From Capsulimonadales bacterium (GTDB lineage: Bacteria; Armatimonadota; Armatimonadia; Armatimonadales; Armatimonadaceae): 28,531 nt of DNA. Under the pieces are notes generated by a model. The model was not told the DNA's origin. It did no database searches and was given only the letters and a program-made list of their open reading frames with translations. Shown one piece after another: positions 9,449 through 18,162 of the stretch (positions are counted from its first letter, which is position 1; each line of letters starts with the position of its first letter). The stretch covers positions 1 through 28,531 of the forward strand of contig JANRLW010000065.1 of NCBI GenBank assembly GCA_033762295.1, written 5' to 3'. Both the position numbers and the translations under genes were made by a program.

Positions 9449-11542
9449 ATGACTACCTCTGATCGCCTGCGTCGATGGCTGGGAATCGGCGCATTGTGGC
9501 TCTGCGCCTCCGTGGCTCAGGCGCAGACGCCGGTGTTCGATGTTCCGCGCCTGGCCGATATCGCGATCGACGGAAAGGCGGACGACTGGAAGGGCGACGG
9601 ACTGATGGTCGACGCCCTGGCTCCGGTCACCGAAGGATGGCGAACGGCGGCGAACTTTACGGCGTCGCTACGCCTGGGGTGGAACGAGAAAGGAATCGTC
9701 GCGCTGGTGACCGTCCGGGACGATGTCGCGACCGAGAGCAAAAACCCGAAGGCGCTCTGGCAGAAGGATTCCGTCGAACTCTTCTGGGGCGAGAAACAGG
9801 GAGTACGCCACTGGGTTCAGGCCCACATCGCCCCCGGCCGGGACCCGGAGACGCCGCAGGTCCGCGTCCATATCGAGGACCATCGGGAAACCGGCGCGGC
9901 GGGCCGTCCGGTGACGATTCAGGCGGCAAGCGGCAAGACGGCGGACGGTTACCTGCTGGAAGCGCTGCTGCCGTGGGACTGCCTGGGCATCGATCCGAAA
10001 CAGGGACGGGAAGCGGCCTTCCAGATTGCCGTGAATGATGCGGACGGGGACGCCCCGCGCGCGCAGAGTCTGTGGTTTCCGGAAGGGGGCGCGTACTCCG
10101 ATCCGACGAAAATGCAGCGCATCCGTCTGAGCAACAAACCGTCGCCCGCGATTGCGGTCGCCGCCGTCCCCGACTATACCGCCTTCCCCCGAACCCGGCT
10201 CTCGCTTTCCGCCGCGCGGACGCTGGCAGGACGGCGGGTGACGGCGTCCGACCGTAGCGGAACCCTGGGCGAGGTGACTCTGACGAACGGCGTCGATGGC
10301 CGGGCGACGGGCTCCCTGATCCTGCGCCGTGTCCCGGAAGGCCCGGTCACCCTGAATCCGGGGGGACCGCTGGCATTACGCGACGCGGAAACACTGCGCA
10401 AGGAAGCCCTGGACCGTGCGCCACTGAAGTTCGACGCCTACGTCTTCGATTCACCAGGGTTCCCGGCGGTCGATTTCGCCAACCCGGAGCGGGTCGAGTC
10501 GATTATCGGAGAGTATGCCTTGCGTGTGGATTATTACGATGCCGGAATGAACCCCGTCACCTCGGCAGAGACGCCGGGACGCTACGGTGCGGTCGTCTCG
10601 GTCGTGTCGAAAGACGGCAAGTTGCGGGCAAAACGATATGTGACGCTGGCGCGGGTGGCCTCCGTACCGGACTGGGATACCTGGGGAAAAGGGTTTGCCC
10701 TGCCGCTTCCGAAGGAACTGGGGATCGATCCGAACGTCGTCCGCGAGCAAAACCTGAATATCGAGGAGTTTTTGAAAAGCGGATTCTACGAATCTCTTGC
10801 AACGATGCCCTATGCGGCGGTCTTCATGGCCGGGATGCTGGAGGCGCGACCCGGAGATCCGCCGGTCGCCCGTCTTTCCGCCGAACAGCGCGACCGGAAG
10901 TGGTGGTTCGGACTGAAGACCCGACGGGGAGAGGCCCGGCCGTATCGCTACCTGGTGGGGATGCCGAAAGGGTACGATGCGGACGCTCGCCGGAAATGGC
11001 CGGTGCTGTTGTTCCTGCACGGTTCGGGAGAGCGAGGTGAGGACCTGACGGTCGCCGGAGTGCATGGTCCGCTGAAATACCTTCGCGAAGGGCACGACCT
11101 GCCGTTCATCGTCATCAACCCCCAGTGCGAACTCGGAGATTACTGGTTGCCGGCGCGGGTCATGGCGCTTCTGGACGAGGTCAAGCGGAAATACCGCGTC
11201 GATGAGAGCCGTCTGTACCTGACCGGCCTGTCGATGGGCGGATTCGGCACCTGGGCGACGGCGACCGAGTATCCGGAACGGTTCGCGGCGATTGCGCCGA
11301 TCTGCGGAGGGGGCGACCCGGCGGATGCCGCGCGTCTGACGAAGGTGCCGGTTTGGAACTTCCACGGGGCCAGGGATTCGGTCGTGCCGATCACCCTGTC
11401 ACAGGAGATGATCGACGCTCTGAAGAAAGCGGGCGCGGCGGAGGTGGAGTTTACCGTCTACCCGGAAGCGGAGCACGACTCGTGGACGGACACCTACAAC
11501 AATCCGAAACTCTACGAGTGGTTCCTGACACACCAAAAATAG
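9449..11542 (+). CDS. Secreted CBM9-like sugar-binding domain fused to a C-terminal alpha/beta-hydrolase (esterase/peptidase)
   Basis: Signal peptide ending AQA. CBM9-like IDGKADDW, DSVELF, YLLEALLPW, IAVNDAD. Hydrolase motifs FLHGSGE, GLSMGG, FHGARD, EHDSW. Start is 9449 (AAGGA RBS) or 9440. Confidence 0.88.
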   Translation: MTTSDRLRRWLGIGALWLCASVAQAQTPVFDVPRLADIAIDGKADDWKGDGLMVDALAPVTEGWRTAANFTASLRLGWNEKGIVALVTVRDDVATESKNPKALWQKDSVELFWGEKQGVRHWVQAHIAPGRDPETPQVRVHIEDHRETGAAGRPVTIQAASGKTADGYLLEALLPWDCLGIDPKQGREAAFQIAVNDADGDAPRAQSLWFPEGGAYSDPTKMQRIRLSNKPSPAIAVAAVPDYTAFPRTRLSLSAARTLAGRRVTASDRSGTLGEVTLTNGVDGRATGSLILRRVPEGPVTLNPGGPLALRDAETLRKEALDRAPLKFDAYVFDSPGFPAVDFANPERVESIIGEYALRVDYYDAGMNPVTSAETPGRYGAVVSVVSKDGKLRAKRYVTLARVASVPDWDTWGKGFALPLPKELGIDPNVVREQNLNIEEFLKSGFYESLATMPYAAVFMAGMLEARPGDPPVARLSAEQRDRKWWFGLKTRRGEARPYRYLVGMPKGYDADARRKWPVLLFLHGSGERGEDLTVAGVHGPLKYLREGHDLPFIVINPQCELGDYWLPARVMALLDEVKRKYRVDESRLYLTGLSMGGFGTWATATEYPERFAAIAPICGGGDPADAARLTKVPVWNFHGARDSVVPITLSQEMIDALKKAGAAEVEFTVYPEAEHDSWTDTYNNPKLYEWFLTHQK

Positions 11543-11556
11543 AACGAAGGGTGCGT

Positions 11557-13254
11557 TCACGGGCCGGTCAGTCCGGGCAGGGCGACGGTAAGGTTGAACG
11601 CGCCGTTCAGTTTATGGTAGGTGAACCGGGGTTCGAGAATCGACCCCCGGATCGCGAATCCGAACTCCAGGTCGAAAAGACGCCCCTGCCGGGTGTCGAT
11701 ACGACCGAGCGTCGCCAGTGTGAAACGGCCATTGTTCAGGCCGATCTGCCCGCGCAACTGCGCTTCGTTCTGCGTGTCCACCCGGTCGAAAAAGAAAGGG
11801 GTGGTTCCACCGGTTTCGCGGACGATATACGCGCCGCCGAGCATCGTACCACGCGTGGGCAGCAGAGCGGTCACCATGGCGAACTCGGTCTGCCGGTACT
11901 CGGTCCGATCGGCGTAACGGCTGGAGCGTAAACGCGTCTCTCCGGACAGCAGGAACCGATCGCCGAGAAGCAGGGGATCGATGCCGACCCCGATCAGCCC
12001 GGAAATCCGATGAGAGTCGATCCGCCGGCTCTCCTCGTTGAGCCGGACCTCGCGGTAATCGCCCACGGTCGCCTCACCGCGCAAAAAGACACGGGGGGAG
12101 CGAAGGGCGCGTCGGGCGAGAGCGTTGTTCCGCCAATCAAGGGTCCGGTCCGGACGGGACAGCGGCAGAACCGCGCGTATTTCCGCCTCCGGAAGCCGGG
12201 AAAGGAGCATCGGACCGAACCGACTCACGGCGAACTCCTGGTTTCCGAAAAAGCCGAAATCGACCGTGACCCGACGTTCGGTGGCGCGTGTGGGCCGTGA
12301 AAGAGACAGGCCGGTGGTCAGGATGTCGGAATAATCGAGAACCGGGTCCGGCGTGACGGGACCGGGTCGCGCGGTCAGAATCTGCCGAAGCGGGCCGGAT
12401 GGTGGGCCGTCCGGCCCGATCGCCACCTCACCGGGAAGCCGCACCAGACGGCGCGGAAGCGGTGCGGAAGCGGGCCCGAACAGCGTTCGCCCGACGGTCG
12501 CCCGGTACTGGAGGCCCCGGCGACCGCTGATCTCCCCCAGAAGATCGGCCGTCAGATTGCGGGCGAGCGTTACCGTGTTGCCCAGACCGAAGGTGACGCC
12601 GGAGATGCGGCTGATCCGAAAGGTGACCGGAGGCGCGGCGGAACGCTGGCGGTCGGCGTTCCTTGGGTCCGTTTCGATCGGGACGGAGAGATGTCGCAGG
12701 CGGATCAGCGGTGTTCGAAACACGGACAGGGTGGCGTCCCGGAGAATCAGCCGACCGGATCGTTCCAACCGGATCTCCCTGCCCCGGAGACGGATCTCTC
12801 CCTGATTTCGATCCCCGAGGAGAAGGACGCCCTCCTCGACGATGAGGGCGTCGGTGGTTCGAAGGATCCGTGCACCCCGGAAGAAAAAGGGCGGTGAATC
12901 GGCGGTGGCCTGACGCAGTTCGAAAAGCCCGGCGCGGCCATCCGCGGTCAACGATTCTCCGGTCAGAACTTCGTCGCCGCGCCGAACGGTCACCCCGCCG
13001 ACGGCCTCCAGGCGGAGAGTGGTCGGATCGTAACGGCATCGAACGCCGGTGATTTGCAGGTCGCCCCACCGGACATCGAAACCGCCCTCCACCACATAGG
13101 GTTCGTTCGTCGTCAACGTCGCCAGCCCGGCGCGAATCTCGAAGCGGGGCAACGGGTCGCCGGGACCGGGTCGCCGGGTCGCGGTCGGTGGTTGTGGCGG
13201 TTGAGACAGCGAAACGAGGGAGGCGAAGGCGAGGGGGAGAGCGTGTATCGGCAT
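11557..13254 (-). CDS. LptD/OstA-like outer membrane protein (divergent)
   Basis: N-terminal beta-jellyroll-like segment (VVEGGFDVRWGDLQITG, LEAVGGVTVRRGDEVLTGESL, ILRDATLSVFRTPL) followed by amphipathic beta-strands. Confidence 0.6.
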   Translation of the reverse strand: MPIHALPLAFASLVSLSQPPQPPTATRRPGPGDPLPRFEIRAGLATLTTNEPYVVEGGFDVRWGDLQITGVRCRYDPTTLRLEAVGGVTVRRGDEVLTGESLTADGRAGLFELRQATADSPPFFFRGARILRTTDALIVEEGVLLLGDRNQGEIRLRGREIRLERSGRLILRDATLSVFRTPLIRLRHLSVPIETDPRNADRQRSAAPPVTFRISRISGVTFGLGNTVTLARNLTADLLGEISGRRGLQYRATVGRTLFGPASAPLPRRLVRLPGEVAIGPDGPPSGPLRQILTARPGPVTPDPVLDYSDILTTGLSLSRPTRATERRVTVDFGFFGNQEFAVSRFGPMLLSRLPEAEIRAVLPLSRPDRTLDWRNNALARRALRSPRVFLRGEATVGDYREVRLNEESRRIDSHRISGLIGVGIDPLLLGDRFLLSGETRLRSSRYADRTEYRQTEFAMVTALLPTRGTMLGGAYIVRETGGTTPFFFDRVDTQNEAQLRGQIGLNNGRFTLATLGRIDTRQGRLFDLEFGFAIRGSILEPRFTYHKLNGAFNLTVALPGLTGP

Positions 13255-13453
13255 GGGTTGGGTGGTCCGTTTTGTTCGGAGGCCCGGAACCGTTGAAAGT
13301 TTCCGTCATTTACGATAGCGGGAACGGTCGGTGTAACGGAAAAGCCGAAAAATTTAACCGTTCCTTAATCCGGGAAGAACGATTCTCCCCTATAGTGGAA
13401 ATATCATGATGCGGTGTCCGAGCGTAAACGGATACCGGAAGGATTCGGATTCC

Positions 13454-14260
13454 ATGAACAACACCCGTCGTCGGCGCAACGCCTTCACGCTGATCGAACT
13501 TCTCGTTGTTATCGCCATTATCGCCATTCTGGCCGCCATCCTCTTCCCGGTCTTCGCCCAGGCCCGCGAAAAAGCGCGACAGGCGACGTGTCTCTCCAAC
13601 CACAAACAGGTCATTCTCGCCTCCATGATGTATTCGCAGGATAACGACGAAATGATCGTCCCGTATCGCACGACGCCGCGATTGCCCGGAACCCGTACCT
13701 TCACGGGGCAGATCGTCCAGGAACTCTGGCCGACCACGCTTCAACCCTATATCAAAAGCGAGGGGATCTTCACCGAACCGAGCAATCCGAGCCGGACCGG
13801 TTTCGATGCCGTCCGTCGGCAGTACGGTCCGACGTCGGGGACGGCGCAGCGGTTCCTCGGCTTTTTCCCGGCGATGGGTATGAACGCGGCTCTGGCGCCC
13901 GACTTCAACATGGGCTACGCGCTCGCCCGGATCAACGCCCCGGCGGACTGCATCGCCTTCGCCGATACCGCCTATCCGGACGCGAGCGGCCTGAAGGATT
14001 TCGGCTATTACATCGTCTGGTACCGGGCGTCGTTCACGCAGGACGAAGACCTGAAAGCGGCATCGCCCCAGCCGAACGCTCCGGGAATGCCGGGGGTGGA
14101 CGGAAACTACGTGCAGGCGGCGATCTGGCACAACGGTGGCGGGAACGTCTCCTTCCTGGACGGGCATGCGAAGTGGCTCCGCCGCGAGACGTTGCTGAAC
14201 GCTCCGGCGAACGTCACCCCGATCACCCAATGGCGTCTGTGGTGGCCGACCGCGCCGTAA
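13454..14260 (+). CDS. Prepilin-type N-terminal cleavage/methylation protein, DUF1559-like, with H-X9-DG C-terminal motif
   Basis: [43 protein letters not shown] and [27 protein letters not shown] before ATG 13454. Confidence 0.95.
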   Translation: MNNTRRRRNAFTLIELLVVIAIIAILAAILFPVFAQAREKARQATCLSNHKQVILASMMYSQDNDEMIVPYRTTPRLPGTRTFTGQIVQELWPTTLQPYIKSEGIFTEPSNPSRTGFDAVRRQYGPTSGTAQRFLGFFPAMGMNAALAPDFNMGYALARINAPADCIAFADTAYPDASGLKDFGYYIVWYRASFTQDEDLKAASPQPNAPGMPGVDGNYVQAAIWHNGGGNVSFLDGHAKWLRRETLLNAPANVTPITQWRLWWPTAP

Positions 14261-14261
14261 C
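14221..14261 (+). repeat. 41-bp direct repeat, left copy (3' end of the prepilin-like gene)
   Basis: GATCACCCAATGGCGTCTGTGGTGGCCGACCGCGCCGTAAC, identical to 15293-15333. Confidence 0.97.
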
Positions 14262-14267
14262 GTGGGT

Positions 14268-14885
14268 TTATTCGTTCGGCGAAAAGAACGGGTTGAAGGT
14301 CGGACGAGTCCCGTCGCCGACGTCCGTCACCGCGAGAACCGTGTCCGGCAGGTGCCATTTCAGGTGGCCATCACAAAAAAGAAAGTGAGCGCCGTTGTGA
14401 TGTCGCCTGCCCCGCACAAGCGGATCGCCCCATCCGTTTATGGCAACGGGAACGGTTACCTCGCCGACGCTGACGGTAAAGGAGGGGGCATAGATCTCGC
14501 TTTCGTGCATCGGCATTAATCCCGCTTGAAAGACCCCGTGCAGTTGCCCGTTGAAGGCGTATCCGGGAAGGGTCGGAGAGGTCCGCTCCTTACTCCCTGC
14601 GGAGGGACATCCCTTCAGGCCGGAATGAGGTCCGAAGGATGCGATCAACATCAGATTGGTCGGATAGACGCCGTCGTAATCGTTCAAATAGATGCGTTCC
14701 GCCAGTCCGATCTGATGCAGGTTCGATAGGCAATCGCTGGCGTGCGACTTCTCCCGTGCATTCAGGAGAACCGGTAACAGGATGGCGGCAACCAGGGTGA
14801 TAATCGCGATACATATTAAAAGTTCAACCAAGGAGTAGGCGAAAATCCCAGGCCTACGGGTGGTTTTGAAATTTAGTGCTTCCAT
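14268..14885 (-). CDS. Second prepilin-type (DUF1559-like, H-X9-DG) protein, cargo of the insertion
   Basis: IFA|YSLVELLICIAIITLVAAILLPVLLNAREKSHASDCLSNLHQIG and RHHNGAHFLFCDGHLKW. GAGGA RBS before ATG 14885. Confidence 0.9.
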   Translation of the reverse strand: MEALNFKTTRRPGIFAYSLVELLICIAIITLVAAILLPVLLNAREKSHASDCLSNLHQIGLAERIYLNDYDGVYPTNLMLIASFGPHSGLKGCPSAGSKERTSPTLPGYAFNGQLHGVFQAGLMPMHESEIYAPSFTVSVGEVTVPVAINGWGDPLVRGRRHHNGAHFLFCDGHLKWHLPDTVLAVTDVGDGTRPTFNPFFSPNE

Positions 14886-14981
14886 AATCCGTTCCTCAAT
14901 AGCAACGGTCACGCTGAAAACGCGCCCACCTGGCATCGCAAGTTCCCTCGGAACCAGGTGGACACGAATCCATGCTAGCGC

Positions 14982-15036
14982 GGAATCAGGGTAGACTTGG
15001 CAACCTGTCTTGGAATCAGGGTAGCCTTGGCAACCT
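14982..15036 (+). repeat. Tandem 25-bp repeat with 30-bp period
   Basis: GGAATCAGGGTAGACTTGGCAACCT (14982-15006) and GGAATCAGGGTAGCCTTGGCAACCT (15012-15036), one mismatch. Confidence 0.92.
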
Positions 15037-15292
15037 TTGCTTTGCCCGTGATTCCATCCGGCACGACCGGGCAAGAAGGGGGACTCCACGGGTTGGCTTT
15101 AATGGCGTCGGCGGACCCTGTGGCATTGTATCCGTTGGCCGTTTCTCTACAGTTGAAGAGATCATCACCAGGGTCCGGAGGTCGTTGGGCGCGGAGGCCC
15201 GGAGGTCGGCAGGTTGGATATCCGGCAATATCGTATCACCGTTCGCCCAAAGGTTGCAAGGTTCGCAAGCGATTAAAACGTCAAGAGTTTCT

Positions 15293-15333
15293 GATCACCC
15301 AATGGCGTCTGTGGTGGCCGACCGCGCCGTAAC
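15293..15333 (+). repeat. 41-bp direct repeat, right copy
   Basis: Identical to 14221-14261. Encodes [12 protein letters not shown] and is followed by the intergenic hairpin. Confidence 0.97.
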
Positions 15334-15337
15334 CGCC

Positions 15338-15373
15338 GAAAAACAACCGGGGCAGGGGATATTCCCCCTGCCC
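15338..15373 (-). terminator. Intrinsic terminator-like hairpin downstream of the MATE gene (possibly bidirectional)
   Basis: GGGCAGGGG-atattc-CCCCTGCCC (15350-15373), followed on the minus strand by TTGTTTTT. Confidence 0.65.
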
Positions 15374-15442
15374 GACGCCGTCAGGGGTTCCGGTAGCTCC
15401 GACCCGCAAAACGAAGAGCAAAAACGCCGTCACGCCGGAAAA

Positions 15443-16987
15443 TCACACCTGGGTATGACGCCACTTTCCGGTGCGGAACAGCTGAATGGTCAGAATTCCG
15501 CCGACGATGGTGGAGATGCTCATCGCCCACCACGCGCCGGCAACGCCGAAGCCGAAGACGAAAAGGAAAAGATAGGCGAGCGTCAGACGCAGCACGGTCT
15601 GGGTGAGGATCGTGAGTACGGTGGGGGCGACCGTATCTCCCGCCCCCTGCAGCGCGCCGTTGAGGACCATCCCGAAGGCGAGGAACGGTTCGGACCAGAG
15701 GGCGATCTGCAGATAGGCGGCGGTCAGACGGATCGTCAGGTCGATCTGCGTGGCGGTCGCGGCGGACTCGCCATCGCCGTGACGGAGGAAGGCGTGCGCG
15801 AACGGTTCGGCGAACGTGGCGAAGAGAATGCCCATCACGGTCATGACGCCGACGGCCTGCCAGGTGGCGGACCAGGCGCCCGCGTCGGCGCGGTCCGGCT
15901 GTTTCGCACCCAGATTCTGGCCGACGAAGGCGGAGGCGGCGATCGAGTAGCCGAAGCCGGGCATGAAAGCGATCGACTCGGAGCGGAGGCCCAATCCGAT
16001 CGCCGCGACCGCCGCCGCTCCCTCCGGAGTGCGCGCCAGCATACCCTGGAACGCCAGCATCGAGCCGACCCGCGCGAACTGTTGCAGGGCCGCCGGAATA
16101 CCGATACGGCAGATCCGGTGCGCCCAGGCCCAGTGCAGGTGGTACGGGCCATGCAGCGCATGGGCGATGGTCGTGTGGCGCATCCAGTAGATATAAAGGA
16201 ACGTCTGGGCGACCTGGGAGAGCACCAGCGCAACCGCCCCCCCGGCGATTCCCATGCGCGGGAAGCCCAGATGTCCGAAGATCAGCAGATAGTTGAAGGC
16301 GATATGCACCAGATTGCCGATCAGCGACACCCAGAACGGACGCATGGTATCTCCCAACCCGCGAAACGCGCCGTTCAGGATCAGCATAACGAAGAGGCTG
16401 GGCAGTCCGAGAATGCTGAGAGCCAGGTAGCGTTCCGCCTGATCGAACGCCCCGCCCTGAAGCCCCAGAACCTGGAGCAGGGAGTGGCGCAGGAAATAGA
16501 TCGGCAGACCCACCGCCAGGGAAAGCACGAGCGAGAGAACCAGCGACTGGCGCGTGGCAATGACCGCCTCCTCCTCGTTTCGCTCTCCGACGAAGCGGGC
16601 GACGAGGGCCGTGGTCCCCACCGAGATCGCCATTACCGCCGACATCAGGGCGAACATGACGGACGAGGAGACGGTAATGGCGGCAACCGCATCCGGACCT
16701 AACTGCCCGACGAAAAAGGCGTCGAGCATGGCGTTGGTGGTCTGAAGCATCATCGTCGCCACCGACGGGAGGGCAATGGCGAAAACGCCTCGATGAATGT
16801 TCCCTTCGAGAATGACCGCTCTCCGAGCGGCGGCCCGAGCGGCCTGCGGCGTGAGCGCGATTTCCTTTTCTTCGTTCGAATCTTCCGGAGTGCGGGGCAG
16901 TGTGGGCGCGGTCACAAACGGCGGTTCCTTCCTGACCTCGCCGGGGTCGCCGTGCCCCGTTTCGGTCACTGGTCCAAACAGGTCCAA
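15443..16987 (-). CDS. MATE family efflux transporter
   Basis: IALPSV, DAFFVGQLG, GAFRGLGDTMRP, PRMGIAGGA, FVGQNLGA, GALQGAGDT and many TM segments. Start uncertain (TTG). Confidence 0.95.
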   Translation of the reverse strand: MDLFGPVTETGHGDPGEVRKEPPFVTAPTLPRTPEDSNEEKEIALTPQAARAAARRAVILEGNIHRGVFAIALPSVATMMLQTTNAMLDAFFVGQLGPDAVAAITVSSSVMFALMSAVMAISVGTTALVARFVGERNEEEAVIATRQSLVLSLVLSLAVGLPIYFLRHSLLQVLGLQGGAFDQAERYLALSILGLPSLFVMLILNGAFRGLGDTMRPFWVSLIGNLVHIAFNYLLIFGHLGFPRMGIAGGAVALVLSQVAQTFLYIYWMRHTTIAHALHGPYHLHWAWAHRICRIGIPAALQQFARVGSMLAFQGMLARTPEGAAAVAAIGLGLRSESIAFMPGFGYSIAASAFVGQNLGAKQPDRADAGAWSATWQAVGVMTVMGILFATFAEPFAHAFLRHGDGESAATATQIDLTIRLTAAYLQIALWSEPFLAFGMVLNGALQGAGDTVAPTVLTILTQTVLRLTLAYLFLFVFGFGVAGAWWAMSISTIVGGILTIQLFRTGKWRHTQV

Positions 16988-17072
16988 GCCGAAGGATTAG
17001 ACCACCATAAAGGACACAGCGCAACCCTCGTAGTTCCGTGGTAGTTTTGTTCGTTCGGGAGGCGCGGGGTTT

Positions 17073-18122
17073 TCAGTCGTCGTGAACCTCGTTGTCGTTG
17101 GGGTCCCAGCGGTAGGCGTGCGAGACGATCTTTTCCTTGCGTACGACCCGACCGTTAAGCTTGATCGTCCGGTAAAGGGAGGCGTTGATCCGGCCCGGTC
17201 CGAGACGACGGACGCTCGCCTGCATACGAACCTGTCGTCCGGGTTGACGGGTACCGTAGAGAGTGGCGGTCAGGTACGGCCGTTTCCAATCCATCCCGAC
17301 ATAGACCGGCGTTTCCAGGTCGTTGGTGAATTTCATGTCCTTCTGGCCCCAGGCAACCGTCGCATCGTAGCCCAGGGGCAGATACGGAACCGGACGGGAG
17401 TGGAAATGGGCCTCGTCGATCCGCATTCCCGCCTCCGCCGCCGCGTTGAACACCGTTCCGGTGATCTGAGAGACGCCGCCGCCGACACCACGTACCTCGC
17501 GCGACTCGACGAAAATGATCGATTCTCTGAAACCACGGGCTTTGGTCCGTTCGCCCACGGTTTCGTTGAGGGAGAACTGTCCGCCCGGCGGCACGATGGT
17601 CCCGTCGATCAGGTTGGTCGCCAGAGCGATGTTATGGTTCCGGCCCGGATGGTTCCAGGCTTTCGTCTCCACCCGGGAAAGGACCGTATCGAAGCGTTTC
17701 AGCTGTTCGGTGGTGATTTCAGGCGGGTTCTTATCGAGAACGACCGTAATGGTCTGCGTCGGCAGCCCGGCCCGGTAGGTTTTGAGGAGGCGGTCGGCGG
17801 TCTCGGCGACGTTCAGGGCGCGGGCGTACGTTCCCGGATCGACCCGCACGACGCCGCGCCGCAGGAAGAGGCGGGCGTTGATCGGTTCCTGACGGAAGAC
17901 GCGGGCGATTCGGGAGAGCGCGGAGCGCAGCGCCGCCTCGTCCGGCTGCGGAAACAGACCGAGTTCCTTCGCCGTGCGAACCGCCGTTCGACCGCCGTCG
18001 GTCAGAACGATCTTCGTCACGGTCTGCGGACCCGCCGGCGGGGCATTCTCTCCGAAAGCGAAGGTCGGCAGGGACCACGACACCAGGACGCCGAGACCGG
18101 CGAAAACGAGCGAAGACTTCAT
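17073..18122 (-). CDS. VanW family secreted protein
   Basis: Signal peptide. VanW motifs RNHNIALA, FSLNETVGERT, GVGGGVSQITGTVFNA, HSRPVPYLPLGYDATV, DMKFTND. Alternative start 18149. Confidence 0.92.
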   Translation of the reverse strand: MKSSLVFAGLGVLVSWSLPTFAFGENAPPAGPQTVTKIVLTDGGRTAVRTAKELGLFPQPDEAALRSALSRIARVFRQEPINARLFLRRGVVRVDPGTYARALNVAETADRLLKTYRAGLPTQTITVVLDKNPPEITTEQLKRFDTVLSRVETKAWNHPGRNHNIALATNLIDGTIVPPGGQFSLNETVGERTKARGFRESIIFVESREVRGVGGGVSQITGTVFNAAAEAGMRIDEAHFHSRPVPYLPLGYDATVAWGQKDMKFTNDLETPVYVGMDWKRPYLTATLYGTRQPGRQVRMQASVRRLGPGRINASLYRTIKLNGRVVRKEKIVSHAYRWDPNDNEVHDD

Positions 18123-18162
18123 GCTTTTTACGGACCTCTCCCATACCACGGTGCGTGGTCGG

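Larger units (their letters stand above)
14262..15292. mobile_element. Direct-repeat-flanked ~1.03 kb insertion (islet/cassette) with no recombinase gene
   Basis: Bounded by the 41-bp direct repeat. AT-richer than its flanks: 14761-14880 counts 56/120 GC (47%). Carries one intact gene. Confidence 0.75.

Noticed and set aside
14982..15036. Mini CRISPR array
   Set aside because: Only two units separated by 5 bp, with no spacer-length gap and no cas genes.
14886..15089. N-terminal extension of the second prepilin-like ORF
   Set aside because: ATG 14885 has a good RBS and gives the short leader expected before the prepilin cleavage site.
14997..15332. 111-aa ORF ending in [12 protein letters not shown] as a real paralog
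   Set aside because: The shared tail comes only from the duplicated 41 bp. The rest has no family features and begins at a TTG inside the tandem repeat.
14221..15333. Diversity-generating retroelement (TR/VR pair) at the C-terminus of the pilin-like gene
   Set aside because: The copies are identical with no adenine-specific mismatches, only 41 bp long, and no reverse transcriptase is in the window.
15443..18122. Vancomycin/drug resistance locus (VanW plus MATE)
   Set aside because: No vanHAX or vanRS genes. VanW-domain and MATE genes are common outside resistance clusters.
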